In this document: positions 11,437 through 22,740 of the stretch, one piece after another
How positions within the stretch are numbered: the first letter of the stretch is position 1
Layout of the letters: every line of letters begins with the position of its first letter
Assembly (NCBI GenBank): GCA_951406725.2
Contig: OX597839.1
Location: 25,048,001-25,112,000 of the forward strand
DNA: 64,000 nt
Reading direction: 5' to 3'
Source: Octopus vulgaris
Lineage: Eukaryota
Notes under the pieces: model-generated
What the model saw: the letters and a program-made list of their open reading frames with translations, nothing else
Told to the model about the DNA's origin: nothing
Database searches by the model: none
Position numbers and translations under genes: made by a program

Positions 11437-11519
11437 TTATTTAACTCCTTTAGTTCCACAAGGTGGTGCAATCAAATTTGGCCAATCACAAGCTTCTTTC
11501 GTTGGATCGAAAAATAAAG
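11437..11519 (-). CDS. Chitin-binding protein exon 4, terminal (S-LFFDPTKEACDWPNLIAPPCGTKGVK*)
   Basis: Acceptor ttgttgtctccgcacag. Completes the second CBM14 (L.FD....CDWP). TAA at 11439-11437 and minus-strand AATAAA at 11393-11388. Total CDS 498 nt = 165 aa. Confidence 0.92.
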
Positions 11520-11621
11520 CTGTGCGGAGACAACAAAAAAAAAAAAAAAAAGAAAAAAGAAAGAAAACTGTAAAGTGATGAAGCCTGACGTGTGTAAGAA
11601 AGTAAGAAGGAGATAAAACCT

Positions 11622-11805
11622 ACGCCTTACTTCCCTGGGCATGGATACATTGAAACTCCGACGTCTGGCAGCAGACTTGGCAGACACCCATAAAATTACC
11701 AACCATCTTACAAACAATAACTCTGAGCACCTTTTCAAACTCCACCCGTCTAACACCCATGGACATATTTACAAAGTCAGAAAACAGCACAGCTCCTTCC
11801 ATGAC
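11622..11805 (+). mobile_element. CR1-like LINE fragment in intron 3 of the chitin-binding gene
   Basis: LTSLGMDTLKLRRLAADL...SNTHGHIYKVRKQ, near-identical to 49228-49400. Confidence 0.8.
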
Positions 11806-11935
11806 TACCCAAACAGACCCACGGGTTGGAGGGTTTTTGCCTGAGTGCTGCAAAGGGGTCGTCCAACAGGAATAACAGGGAATCACTAACAAATGGTGGA
11901 TGCAGCAAAGCACTGTTACTGCCCATTCCCCCCCT

Positions 11936-12365
11936 AACTACTACTACTACTACTACTTCTACCGCCATCACCACCACCACTACTACAACCATCACCACCG
12001 CTACTACTACCACTACTACTACAACTACCACCACCACCACCACCACCGCTACTACTACCACTACTACTACAACTACTACCACCACCACCACCACCGCTAC
12101 TACTACCACCACTACTACAACTACCACCACCGCTACTACTACAACTACTACCACCACCACCACCGCTACTACTACCATCACTACTACAACTACCACCACC
12201 GCTACTACTACCATCACTACTACAACTACCACCACCGCTACTACTACAACTACCACCACCACCACCACCGCTACTACTACCACCACCATCACTACTATTA
12301 CTACTGCTGCTACTATTACCACTGCTACCACCACCACCACCATCACCACCACTACTACTACAACT
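11936..12365. repeat. (ACT/ACC)n compound microsatellite
   Basis: Directly visible and intronic. Confidence 0.95.
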
Positions 12366-12411
12366 GGAATAACCAGGAGATTTAATTTGACATTGAAAGG
12401 GTTGGACTTAC

Positions 12412-12557
12412 ATGCAGGACATTTCACGTAACCATGGAACTTGTCCCGTGAACAGGAATAATAGAATTTACAACTGCGACTGTAGTCAGGGTAGTTACCA
12501 TCCCATAATCCTGTGCAGTTTGGGGCCGTACCACATGGTGGGTCCACTTTATCAAGG
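12412..12557 (-). CDS. Chitin-binding protein exon 3 (LDKVDPPCGTAPNCTGLWDGNYPDYSRSCKFYYSCSRDKFHGYVKCPA)
   Basis: Long polypyrimidine tract plus tttgcag acceptor, T|gtaagt donor. Length 146 nt (phase 2 in, phase 1 out). Shows the C-x4-DG-x-YPD-x4-C-x-FYY-x-C pattern of CBM14. Confidence 0.92.
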
Positions 12558-12762
12558 CTGCAAAAAAGAAACAGAAAAAAAAAAAGGGATTAAAACAAAA
12601 AGAAAACGATGTTATTTTGTGCAGAAAAAGGGGCAGTGTTTGTTTGTAATGCAATGGTGGTGGTGGTGGTGGTGGTGGTTGTAGTGGTGGTAGTAGTAGT
12701 AGTGGTGGTGATGGTGGTGGTGGTGGTGGTGGTGGTGGTGGTGGTGGTGGTGGTGGTAGTGG

Positions 12763-12992
12763 TGGCGAGCTGGCAGAAACGTTAGCACACCGGGCGAAAT
12801 GCTAAGCGGTTTCTCGTCTGTCTTTACGTTCTGAGTTCAAATTCCACCGAGGTCGACTTTGCCTTTCATCCTTTCGGGGTCGATTAAATAAGTACCAGTT
12901 ACGCACTGGGGTCGATATAATCGACTTATTCCATTTGTCTGTCCTTGTTCGTCCCCTCTGTGTTTAGCCCCTTGTGGGTAGTAAAGAAATAG
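12763..12992 (+). mobile_element. Meta-domain-like SINE family B
   Basis: Contains ggtcgactttgcctttcatcctttcggggtcgat...aagtaccag, which resembles the MetaSINE central domain. Other copies at ~1237-1447, 7108-7323, 9255-9385, 16022-16218, 16862-17275 (dimer), 25310-25517, 25861-26030, 32254-32363, 40800-41213 (dimer), 44027-44185, 50450-50840 and 51782-51872. Confidence 0.8.
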
Positions 12993-13202
12993 GTGGTGGT
13001 GGTGGTCTCCCTTTTTTCTTTTTTTTAAGCTGGAAGAGTAAGACATGAAGGAGATTTGGCTGCTATATCTAGCAAGTTGCATGACCATGTAGAGCTATGG
13101 TTCTCAATCATTTTTTTCTCTATGGACCCCTTTTATTCCTATTTTGCTCCACTACACTCTCATAGCCATTTGATGTTTAAAAAAAAATCATATTATTATA
13201 AA

Positions 13203-14028
13203 TAACAATTGCAGCGTGGAAGGTGTTTATAAGTCATTCAAAAACACACAAAAACCGTTAGATTCTTTTCAACATTTAAATTTAATTTGCCAAAATATTT
13301 TCGGCGCTTTGAGACCACGACCTGTTCACTGACAAAATTCTGTGCTCATCATCATCATCATCATCATCGTTTAACGTCCGTTCTCCATGCTAGCATGGGT
13401 TGGACGGTTCAACTGGGGTCTGGGAAGCCAGAAGGCTGCACCAGGCTCCAGTCTTATCTGGCAATGTTTCTACAGCTGGATGCCCTTCCTAACGCCAACC
13501 ACTCCGTGAGTGTAGTGGGTGCTTTTTACGTGCCACCTGCACAGGTGCCAGGCGAGGCTGGCAACGGCCACGGTCGGATTGTTGTATTTTATGTGCCACC
13601 GGCACGGAAGCCAGTCGAGGCGGTGCTGGCATCGGCCACGAGTTGGATAGTGCTTTTTACGTACCACCAGACCAGGGATCCTGGCTGGTTCGATTCGATT
13701 TCGATTTCGCTTGCCCCAACATGTCTTCGCAAGCAAAGGGGGTTGGCATGGGTGCCTGTCGTACGGTCGGATTGGTGTATTTTACGTGCCACCGGCACAG
13801 AAGCCACAGCACAAAATTCTGAGATGCAGCACAGAATTCTGTCAGTGGACAAGTCACGGTCTCAAAGTGACCAAAATATTTTGGCAAATTAAATTTAAAT
13901 GTTGAAAAGAATCTAACGGTTTTTGTGTGTTTTTGAATGACTTATAAACACCTTCCATGCTGCAATTGTTTTTGTTTCAGTACACGATCTCAGATCAGGA
14001 CACTTGCTATGCAAGTACATCTCCGTAA
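13203..14028. mobile_element. Penelope-pLTR-like inverted-repeat element (arms ~13203-13347 and ~13826-13970) enclosing an RTE 3'-UTR/Nin-like insert at 13348-13800
   Basis: About 145-bp inverted arms, each carrying the GUGAACA-type motif. Homologous to 59180-59470. Confidence 0.65.
13286..13336 (-). ncRNA. Hammerhead-like motif, G3-C8 compensated core variant
   Basis: tttgtca GTGAACA g gtcgt ggtctcaaa gcgcc GAAA atat TT tggcaaa. An inverted, degenerate copy lies at 13838-13888. Confidence 0.55.
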
Positions 14029-14828
14029 CATATTATTATATTTTTATAATTATAATATAATGTATTGTAGTACATCATATATTGTATAAAGAAAAAAATT
14101 CTAAATATTTTGTTTTGTAAAAAATATAACCAATTTATTGCACATAAACTTTAACCCCAAAACCATACATGGAACCCTAGGGGTCATACAGAACCCCTCC
14201 CCACCACTAATCTAGAGAAATACTCTGAAGATAGCTGTGACATTCCCTAGTCAGAGAAGTGGTTATCAATCATTTTTTGACTGTGGAACTCCTTAATTCC
14301 TATGTTACTCAACTGGACCCTCAGAACCATTCAATGCTTAAAAAAGGGGCCCATTATATTTTTATAATTAAATATTTTTGGGAATTGTATAAAAAAAATT
14401 TTTTTATAGTTTGTGTTTTGTAGAAGTGTTTAGCAAATTATGGCAGATAAATTTTAACAACAAAATCTTATGTGGGCCCTCCAAAGATCATGTGGACCCC
14501 AGTTGCAAACCACTGATAGGGGCTCCTCCATCAGTTAATATGGTCAGAAGAGGATATTAGGAGTATAGAATGGAACTATATAAATCGATGGCGTGGTGGA
14601 AGACAGATGAATCAGTATACATCTTTGGGGACAGGGGCTGTTTGTCAGTTCCTGACCCCTTAACTGAAGATCCTGGTAATTTGGGAAATTGTTTGAGGCA
14701 TCAGGCACTTGGGAAGGACCATGTCATGTATTTGGGATTTTAGAAATAAAACAAGCACTTTATTCTTGTATTCATTTGTTTTTGTTGTTCATTTTACATC
14801 TGTTTTAACCTCCTAGCATGGGTTAGAT

Positions 14829-15439
14829 CAGTAGTCCTCAACCATTTTTGTCTATGGACCACTTTGAACCCTATTTTACTCAGGTGGACCCTCCTAATCA
14901 TTCTGCTGTTTAAAAAAAAACTATCATTTTTTAAAATTAAATATTAGGAATTGCATTTAAAAAATTGTTAAAACATTTTGCATTTTGCAGAAATAAAACC
15001 AATTTATTCCACAAACTTTCGTAACAAAATCTTATATGGACCCCCAAGGGCCATGTGGACCACCAAGGGCCGTATGGCCGCCCAAGGGCATTATGGTTGC
15101 TCAAGGGCCATATGGCCACCCAAGGGCCATATGGTCGCTCAAGAGCCATATGGCCGCCCAAGGGGCATATGGACGCCCAAGGGCCATATGGCCGCCCAAG
15201 GGCCATATGGACGCCCAAGGGCCGTGTGGTCGCCCAAGGGCCATATGGCCGCCCGAGGGCCATATGGACGCCCGAGGGCCATATGGACGCCCGAGGGATA
15301 TATGGACGCCTGAGGGCCATATGACCGCCCAAGGGCCATATGGACGCCCAAGAGCGATATGGACGCCCAAGGGCCATATGGCCGCCCAAGGGCCTTATGG
15401 ACGCCCAAGGGCCATATGGACCCTGGCTGAGAACCACTG
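14829..15439 (+). mobile_element. hAT (Charlie-like) MITE carrying an expanded 19-bp minisatellite
   Basis: TIR cagtagtcctcaacc / ggctgagaaccactg and a perfect 8-bp TSD ggttagat (14821-14828, 15440-15447). Relatives at 13095-14210, 14255-14517 and 51650-51780. Confidence 0.85.
15036..15423. repeat. 19-bp minisatellite (GGGCCATATGGMCGCCCAA)n, about 20 units
   Basis: Tandem units without spacers are directly visible. Confidence 0.95.
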
Positions 15440-17339
15440 GGTTAGATGAATATCTTATTGAGGCATTGTTTTATAGATGGATGCTCTTCCTGCCATTATC
15501 CCTTGTCTGCTTTCGAAGCCAGAGATCTTTTACTCAGCTGGACTTTGAAAGTGCAGAGCTACCGGGTGATTTGTTTAAAAAGGAATAGTTTGCACAACAT
15601 TATTGCTCTTGTTTGAGAAATTTCATACAAAAACATCACAGAATGCAAACAAACACACACACACACACCTCAATTGTTCATTCATTTCACGTCTGCCTTT
15701 CCATACTAGCATGGGTTAGATGAATACATTATTGAGGTATTGTTTTACAGTCGGGTCCCTTTTCTGTCACTAACCCTTACCTGTTTTCCAAGTAAAGAAT
15801 CTTTTATTCTTCATGCCTTCCAAGGGTCCCAAAACCAGCTAATAACTTGTTGACAGGAGTAATGGCAACAATGTCACCACTTGAAGTTTAGGAACTCTTG
15901 GAGAAGTCCAAATATAAACAGACTCACAGATATATATGTGAGAACAGATACGTATGTATATAGAAGTAGACAGAAACATATTATTATATATAAATCTTTG
16001 TTGGTTCACCAGATGTGATGAATTCTTTTCTGCTCTAGGCACAAGGCCTGAAATTTTGGGAGATGGGGGCAGTCGATTAAATCAACCCCAGGACACAACC
16101 TGGTACTTAATTTATCGAGCCTGAAAGGATGAAAGACAAAGACACCCTTGGTGGAATTAGAACTCAGAACGTAAAGACAGACGAAATACTGCTAAGTGTT
16201 TCACCCAGTGTGCTAACATTTTTGCCAGCTCGCCACCTTACCAGATGTGATAAATTGCAGGATTCAATACAAATGACAGAGAAATACACAAGAGTATTAT
16301 TATTATTATAGCAGAAGATACACAAAGATGCTCTCTTTGCCACTTCCTCTCTCCTATTGCTATTACTTTCTCTCACTCCCTCTCAGTCATGGCGATTACT
16401 CTCACTACTTCTCATTCACTGAATTACTGTTTTCTCTCCTCTCTCTTCACTTATACTACTCTTTCTCCCACTCCCTCCTGCAAAATTTTGAACAAATATA
16501 TATATATATAAACACTATGCTCATTATTATATTAGGTGATATACACACATACATACATACATACACACATACTTACATGCATCCATACATACATACATAC
16601 ATACATACATACACACATACACACATACTTACATGCATCCATACATACATACATACACACATATATACATACATACATACATACATACACACATACATAC
16701 ATACGTACATATGATGAGCTCAAATGTAATTTCCATCAACAAAATGTCTTTCATATGGTATGTGTTGATCCAGACACTTTCAGAGGGATTGAACCTTGAA
16801 AATGTTTTTGTGAAGCAAGCTTCTTAACCACACAGCCACAGCTACATTCACATATTTTTAATTCTTTATTGCCCACAAGGGGCTAAACATAGAGAGGACA
16901 AACAAGGACAGACAAAGGGGCTAAGTCGATTATATCGACCCCTGTGCGCAACTGGTACTTAATTTATCGACCCCGAAAGAATGAAAGGCAATGTCGACCT
17001 CGGCGGAATTTGAACTAAGAACGTAACGGCAGACGAAATACCTATTTCTTTACTACCCACAAGGGGCTAAACACAGAGGGAACAAACAAGGACAGACAAA
17101 CGGATCAAGTCGATTATATCGATCCCAGAGCGTAACTGGTACTTAACTTAATCGACCCTGAAAGGATGAAAGGCAAAGTCAACCTCGGCGGAATTTGAAC
17201 TCAGAATGTAACAGCAGACAAAATACCGCTAAGCATTTCACCTGCCGTGCTAACATTTCTGCCAGCTTGCCGCCTTCACACATTCACACATAACAACAAT
17301 ACATACTCTATATAAAATACATATAAAATATTTACTTAC

Positions 17340-17553
17340 TAATCACAATACATCTGGAGCTTATTTACCACAAGATCATGAGGACAGGTTATGTTTACAG
17401 TTTTACCATCTTTGCAGCGATAGAACCATCTGCATCCTCCGATGTATAAACCATTCTGCTTGTTTATACAAAGGGTACTCTGGTTACCCTTCTCAGGAGA
17501 GACTGTTGCTTGATTCTGCTCAGGTAAACGTGTGGTGAAACTGGTGCTTCGAG
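17340..17553 (-). CDS. Chitin-binding protein exon 2 (RSTSFTT...LCINKQNGLYIGGCRWFYRCKDGKTVNITCPHDLVVNKLQMYCD-Y), first CBM14 domain
   Basis: Acceptor aaacttcag, donor TA|gtaagt. Length 214 nt with an open frame and the Cys/aromatic spacing of peritrophin-A. Confidence 0.9.
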
Positions 17554-17595
17554 CTGAAGTTTTGTACGAAACAATTTGGGTAAAATTAAAATGTT

Positions 17596-18474
17596 TATTT
17601 GAATATTAAGGGGAAAAATGAAAAATGTTATCAGTGAGAGAAAATTTAAAAGAATTGTCTGAAATATCAATTTCAAATGTTGGTACAAAACCAGAAATTT
17701 TAAGGGAAGAGAAAGCTGATTACAGCAACCCCAGTACTCAACTGGTACTTCTTGACCCTGAAAGTCCAAATATTTAAATATTAAGGGGAAAAATGAAAAA
17801 TGTTATCGGTGAGAGAAAATTTAAAAGAATTGTCTGAAATATTAATTTCAAATGTTGGTACAAGACCAGTAATTTTAAGGGAAGAGAAAGCTGATTACAG
17901 CAACCCCAGTACTCAACTGGTACTTCTTGACCCTGAAAGTCCAAATATTTGAATATTAAGGGGAAAAAAGAAAAATGTTATCAGTGAGAGAAAATTTAAA
18001 AGAATTGTCTGAAATATCAATTTCAAATGTTAGTACAAGACCAGAAATTTTAAGGGAAGAGAAAGCTGATTACAGCAACCCCAGTACTCAACTGGTACTT
18101 CTTGACCCTGAAAGTCCAAATATTTGAATATTAAGGGGAAAAATGAAAAATGTTATCAGTGAGAGAAAATTTAAAAGAATTGTCTGAAATATCAATTTCA
18201 AATGTTGGCACAAGATCAGAATTTTTAAGGGAAGAGAAAGCTGATTACAGCAACCCCAGTACTCAACTGGTACTTCTTGACCCTGAAAGTCCAAATATTT
18301 GAATATTAAGGGGAAAAAAGAAAAAAATGTTATCAGTGAGAGAAAATTTAAAAGAATTGTCTGAAATATCAATTTCAAATGTTGGTACAAGACCAGACAT
18401 TTTAAGGGAAGAGAAAGCTGATTACAGCAACCCCAGTACTCAACTGGTACTTCTTGACCCTGAAAGTCCAAATA
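17596..18474. repeat. Tandem array, 5 x ~175 bp, partly derived from a decayed family-B SINE
   Basis: Units start at ~17596, 17771, 17946, 18121 and 18296. Each contains ccccagtactcaactggtactt...gaccctgaaag. Confidence 0.9.
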
Positions 18475-18486
18475 TAGGTAAATATA

Positions 18487-18904
18487 TCTCTCTATATATA
18501 TAAACGGCAGTTTGTCTGTCTGTGTGTCTGTGTGGCTGTCAGGTTGTACCCTCACCCTGACCACGGCTTTCAACTGATTCTGATGAAACTTGACACACAC
18601 ATAGCCCAATGTCATAATTCAAAACTAACACAGCGAAAATTTTGAAAAGTTCCCCCAGTTCTGAAAAAAATTGATAAATTCGACATGGGGTCGAGAATCT
18701 AAGCTTTTTATATTTTTATATGCAACACATTTTCTGTTGGGAGACAGCTAGGAACATCGTATACATAGAAGTATTCGAGTGAAGAGAAGACATTGCAACC
18801 TACACATGCGCCTTCGTTCCCTAGAGGGAAAGGACTAGATTGGGATTAGTCGTTGCCTACTAGGGGCTCTTACATACCCGGGCAACGCCAGGCTATGCTG
18901 CTAG
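18487..18904 (+). mobile_element. Non-autonomous Helitron (related 3' fragment at 19044-19165)
   Basis: A|TC 5' end, 3' hairpin cccgggcaacgccagg followed by CTAG|T. Confidence 0.75.
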
Positions 18905-19233
18905 TATATATATATATATATATATATATAATGTTCCTTCTCAAGCCCTGCCAGGCTCATAAGGGCCGGTTTCCTGGTTTCAGTGGCGTAGAAATTCCCC
19001 ACCTGGACGGGACGCTGGTCCATTGTAGAAATACTTATACTTGCCATCATTTTTTGCATTTTTAATGCATTTTTTGCTCGGTTTATATAAGGGAAGTAAC
19101 TCTCTAAAAATGCTTATATAGTTATTTCCCTTACAAACCCGAGCAACGACGGGCGATACTGCTAGTATATATATAAATAGAAAATTTCTATTTGTAAACC
19201 TCTTAACAAGAGACATTCAGTAACAGTACTCTA

Positions 19234-19541
19234 GAGTAAAGATTATTTGGCCAACATAACATGGCAGTCCTGGTTTAGGACGAATGTTACTGTAATTTAG
19301 CCCCAGTAAAAATTGTCTCCAGCTGGCTATATGACATACTCTCTGTCTCCTTATATTTTCAAACAAGGAAGTTTACCATCCCTGTGCTGAGTGGGGACGC
19401 TAAACTCCCTTGTTCGAAAATATAAGGAGACAGATAGTGTGTTGTATAACCAGCTGGAGATGATGTTTTCTGGGGCTAAATAACAGTAACATTCGTCCTA
19501 ACCAGGACTGCCACGTTATGTTGGCCAAATAATCTTTACTC
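19234..19541. mobile_element. Fold-back MITE flanked by TA (Tc1/mariner-type TSD)
   Basis: About 150-bp inverted arms gagtaaagattatttggccaacataac...gttatgttggccaaataatctttactc, with TA on both sides. Confidence 0.8.
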
Positions 19542-19719
19542 TATGTGTGTGTGTGTGTGTGTGAGTGAACAAATGAAAAACAGAATTTGAATCAAACTGT
19601 TTTGATCCATTCATACATACATATATATAGGGAGAGTTTACGAAAAAAACAAAAGACGAAGACAGGTGGTGTACAAAACAAACAGATGTATTATTATAAC
19701 GCTCAGGAATAGAAAAAGT

Positions 19720-19755
19720 CTTTTACATTTCGAGCCTACGCTCTTCTACAGAAAG
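19720..19755 (-). ncRNA. Minimal hammerhead-like motif (core CUGUAGA) in a ~185-bp repeat at 19625-19810
   Basis: cttt CTGTAGA a gagc gtag gctc GAAA tg TA aaag. Same family as the motifs at 53939, 57746 and 59019. Confidence 0.55.
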
Positions 19756-20109
19756 GGACACAGAAAAAAACAAGGAGAGAAAAAAATGTGTGTAGTGGCT
19801 AACGATCTATATAATATATATATATATTAAATTCAACTTACGTTGAAAGTCAACAAACAAATCTTGCTTTAGAAGTATTGAGGTGTATTGAAAGATAAAG
19901 ATAATTCTTTCTTTTATTCTTTTACTTGTTTCAGTCATTTGACTGCGGCCATGCTGGAGCACCGCCTTTAGTTGAGCAAATCGACCCCAGGACTTATTCT
20001 TTGTAAGCCCAGTACTTATTCTATCAGTCTCTTTTGCCGAACCACTAAGTGACGGGGACGTAAACACACCAGCATCGGTTGTCAAGCAATGCTAGGGGGA
20101 CAAACACAG

Positions 20110-20148
<39 letters not shown>

Positions 20149-20825
20149 CGACAGGCTTCTTTCAGTTTCCATCTACCAAATCCACTCACAAGGCATTGGT
20201 CGGCCCGGGGCTATAGCAGAAGACACTTGCCCAAGATGCCACGCAGTGGGACTGAACCCGGAACCATGTGGTTGGTTAGCAAGCTACTTACCACATAGCC
20301 ACTCCTGCGCCTATAAGGAAATAATTTTATTCTCAAACGCAGGATAATGCTAATAATATAACAACGAACAGGATAAACTGTCCATATTTTTTAGAAAAAT
20401 CTGTCGGCAGCCAGCCATGAAATTCGAACTCACATCCCTGTGATTACGCGTCAATTGTTTACTATTAAGCTAAACTGCCCAAATGACAAATTCTTCTGCA
20501 AATTTAGGATATATAAATCTAGCTTTATAAGATGCTATTGTATGTTAAATTCAACTTACGTTGAAAGTCATATATGTTTCCAGTGATTAATTAGATTAAT
20601 TAGTAAGCGGTGCCGAATTTTACAATCAGTAAATTACAATAATATTTAATAAGCTTCAAGCTTGTAAGTGATCAATGTGCATTGACTAAGGTAAATTGTC
20701 TAATTTTGGGGACAGGTAAGCCCTCAATGGGAAAAGTAAGGTGTGGGTTTGAGTCCCATGCATACGGCAAACCCTACTTTTTTCCGTCAAGGGCTTATCT
20801 GCCCCAATATTAGACTATTTACCTA

Positions 20826-21073
20826 TGTGGAGGTGCATGGCTTAGTGGTTAGGGTGTTGAACTCATGATCGTAAGGTTGTGGTTTCAATTCCTAGACTGG
20901 GCAATGCACTGTGTTCTTGAGCAAGACACTTCATTTCACATTGCTCCAGTTCACTCGGCTGGCAAGTATAAGTATTTCTACAATGGACCGGCGTCCCGTC
21001 CAGGTGGGGAATTTCTACGCCACTGAAACCGGGAAACCGGCCCTTATGAGCCTGGCAGGGCTTGAGAAGGAAC
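20826..21073 (+). mobile_element. tRNA-derived V-SINE-like element (3' part also at 18932-19043, minus)
   Basis: tRNA-like head tggcttagtggttagg...ggtttcaattcc, central atggaccggcgtcccgtccagg similar to the V-domain, and a TSD-like tatttacct. Confidence 0.65.
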
Positions 21074-21147
21074 ATTATATATATATATATTTACCTTAGT
21101 CAACACACAGTGTTCGTTTATAAGCCTTAAGCTTATAAAATATTATC

Positions 21148-21184
<37 letters not shown>

Positions 21185-21868
21185 ATCAACCGATAAGGGT
21201 GAGAAAATTGGGTACTAATTTAATAGCACATCCATTTACCACCAAGTGGCTTAGTGCATAAAAAACCTGGATTACGACACATTTTATACATAAATATAAG
21301 AGAGTTACCACCATGTGGTCTACTCTAGCACTAAAAATAGATATATATATAATCTCAGAAGTATTTTTTCGGGTCTCAGCAGGAAGTCCTTTCGTTGCCA
21401 ATTTACTTACTGCCTTCTGCCTGTCCTGAGTATTTTCTCATAGCATATGCCTGATGTAATCTTAAGTTCTCAATTTATATCGAAATTATTAAAGAGTTTT
21501 CATGAGATTACAAAAAAAAACAGGAACAACAAAAAAAAACCCCATTCTTTTATACGATACTATTTTGTACAAAACTACCCCCAAATCTTCTTAACCCTTT
21601 AGTGTTTAAACCGGCTGTATCCAGCCCAAATATTCTACACATTTTATGCTCAAACTGGCCAGAACCAACATCTCACACCTATCCTGCAATGTTATTCTAA
21701 AAATAAGCAATTACATCTTTCCTGGCTTGAAGCTACAAAATAATATCAGTTAAATTTTTTTAAATGTGAATAAATAAGGATTATTTTTGACAAATTAATA
21801 TGAACGCTAAAGGGTTAAACTGTAAAAATTATTGCAAAAAATAAAAGAAAAATCCAAAATGTCCTTAC

Positions 21869-21923
21869 CGAAAATGCAACTGAAGAAAATTCCCAAAGTT
21901 AAAATGACAACTGGAACTTTCAT
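21869..21923 (-). CDS. Chitin-binding (2x CBM14) secreted protein, exon 1: signal peptide MKVPVVILTLGIFFSCIF(A)
   Basis: aaccATGaaa start, hydrophobic signal-like peptide, G|gtaagg donor. Length 55 nt (phase 1), which matches the phase of exon 2. Confidence 0.8.
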
Positions 21924-22740
21924 GGTTCTTTTATAGCAGAAAATTCCGATGAAATATATTCTTCTAATTACTGGAACCGTCCACTTAGAACTCCTTGCAA
22001 TAACGCGCTACCATCAATAGTGTTAATATCTATGATATTTCTCTGTTTACGATTTTCCCCTGAAACAGCATTCCTGGATGCGGATTAAAATAAATTCCTT
22101 GGGGTAGATTAACACAGGAATGGTAATCTCTTTAAACATACACAGTTGGTAAAGTTAATTAACCTCAGGTTGAACTTATTAAGGTGTAGTTTCAATGTCA
22201 CAGAGAAAGACGGAGGAAAAGGAAAAAAATTTAATCTTTCTTTAAATATTTGTAGAAAAACATTTACTCTTTTACTCTTACTCTTTTACTTGTTTCAGTC
22301 ATTTGACTGCGGCCATGCTGGAGCACCACCTTTAGTCGAAGAAATCGACCCTAGGACTTATTCTTTGTAAGCCCAGTACTTATTCTATCGGTCTCTTTTG
22401 CCGAACCGCTAAGTGACGGGGACGTAAACACACCAGCATCGGTTGTCAAGCAATGCTAGGGGGACAAACACAGACACACAAACACACACACACATACATA
22501 TATATACATATATACGACAGGCTTCTTTCAGTTTCCGTCTACCAAATCCACTCACAACGCATTGGTCGGCCCGGGGCTATAGCAGAAGACACTTGCCCAA
22601 GATGCCACGCAGTGGGACTGAACCCAGAACCATGTGGTTGGTTAGCAAGCTACTTACCACACAGCCACTCCTGCACCTGGTTTTGTTTTTTGTTTTTTTT
22701 ATCATATAAAATATTTTATCTTTTACCTGTTTCTGTCATT

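Noticed and set aside
11777-12411. Poly-Val or poly-Thr (mucin-like) extension of the chitin-binding ORF
   Set aside because: A gtaagt donor at 12411 splices in phase to the exon at 11519-11437, so the repeat is intronic.
14937-15449. Repetitive GPYGRPRAIW ORFs (silk/collagen-like) or a CRISPR-like array
   Set aside because: It is a 19-bp minisatellite, open in several frames on both strands, with no spacers, inside a MITE.
18578-18595. CTGATGAAAC as a hammerhead (also ctgaaga at 28738 and ctgatga at 54186 and 62241)
   Set aside because: There is no stem II followed by a separate GAAA and stem III, and the 28738 case is an RTE target-site duplication.
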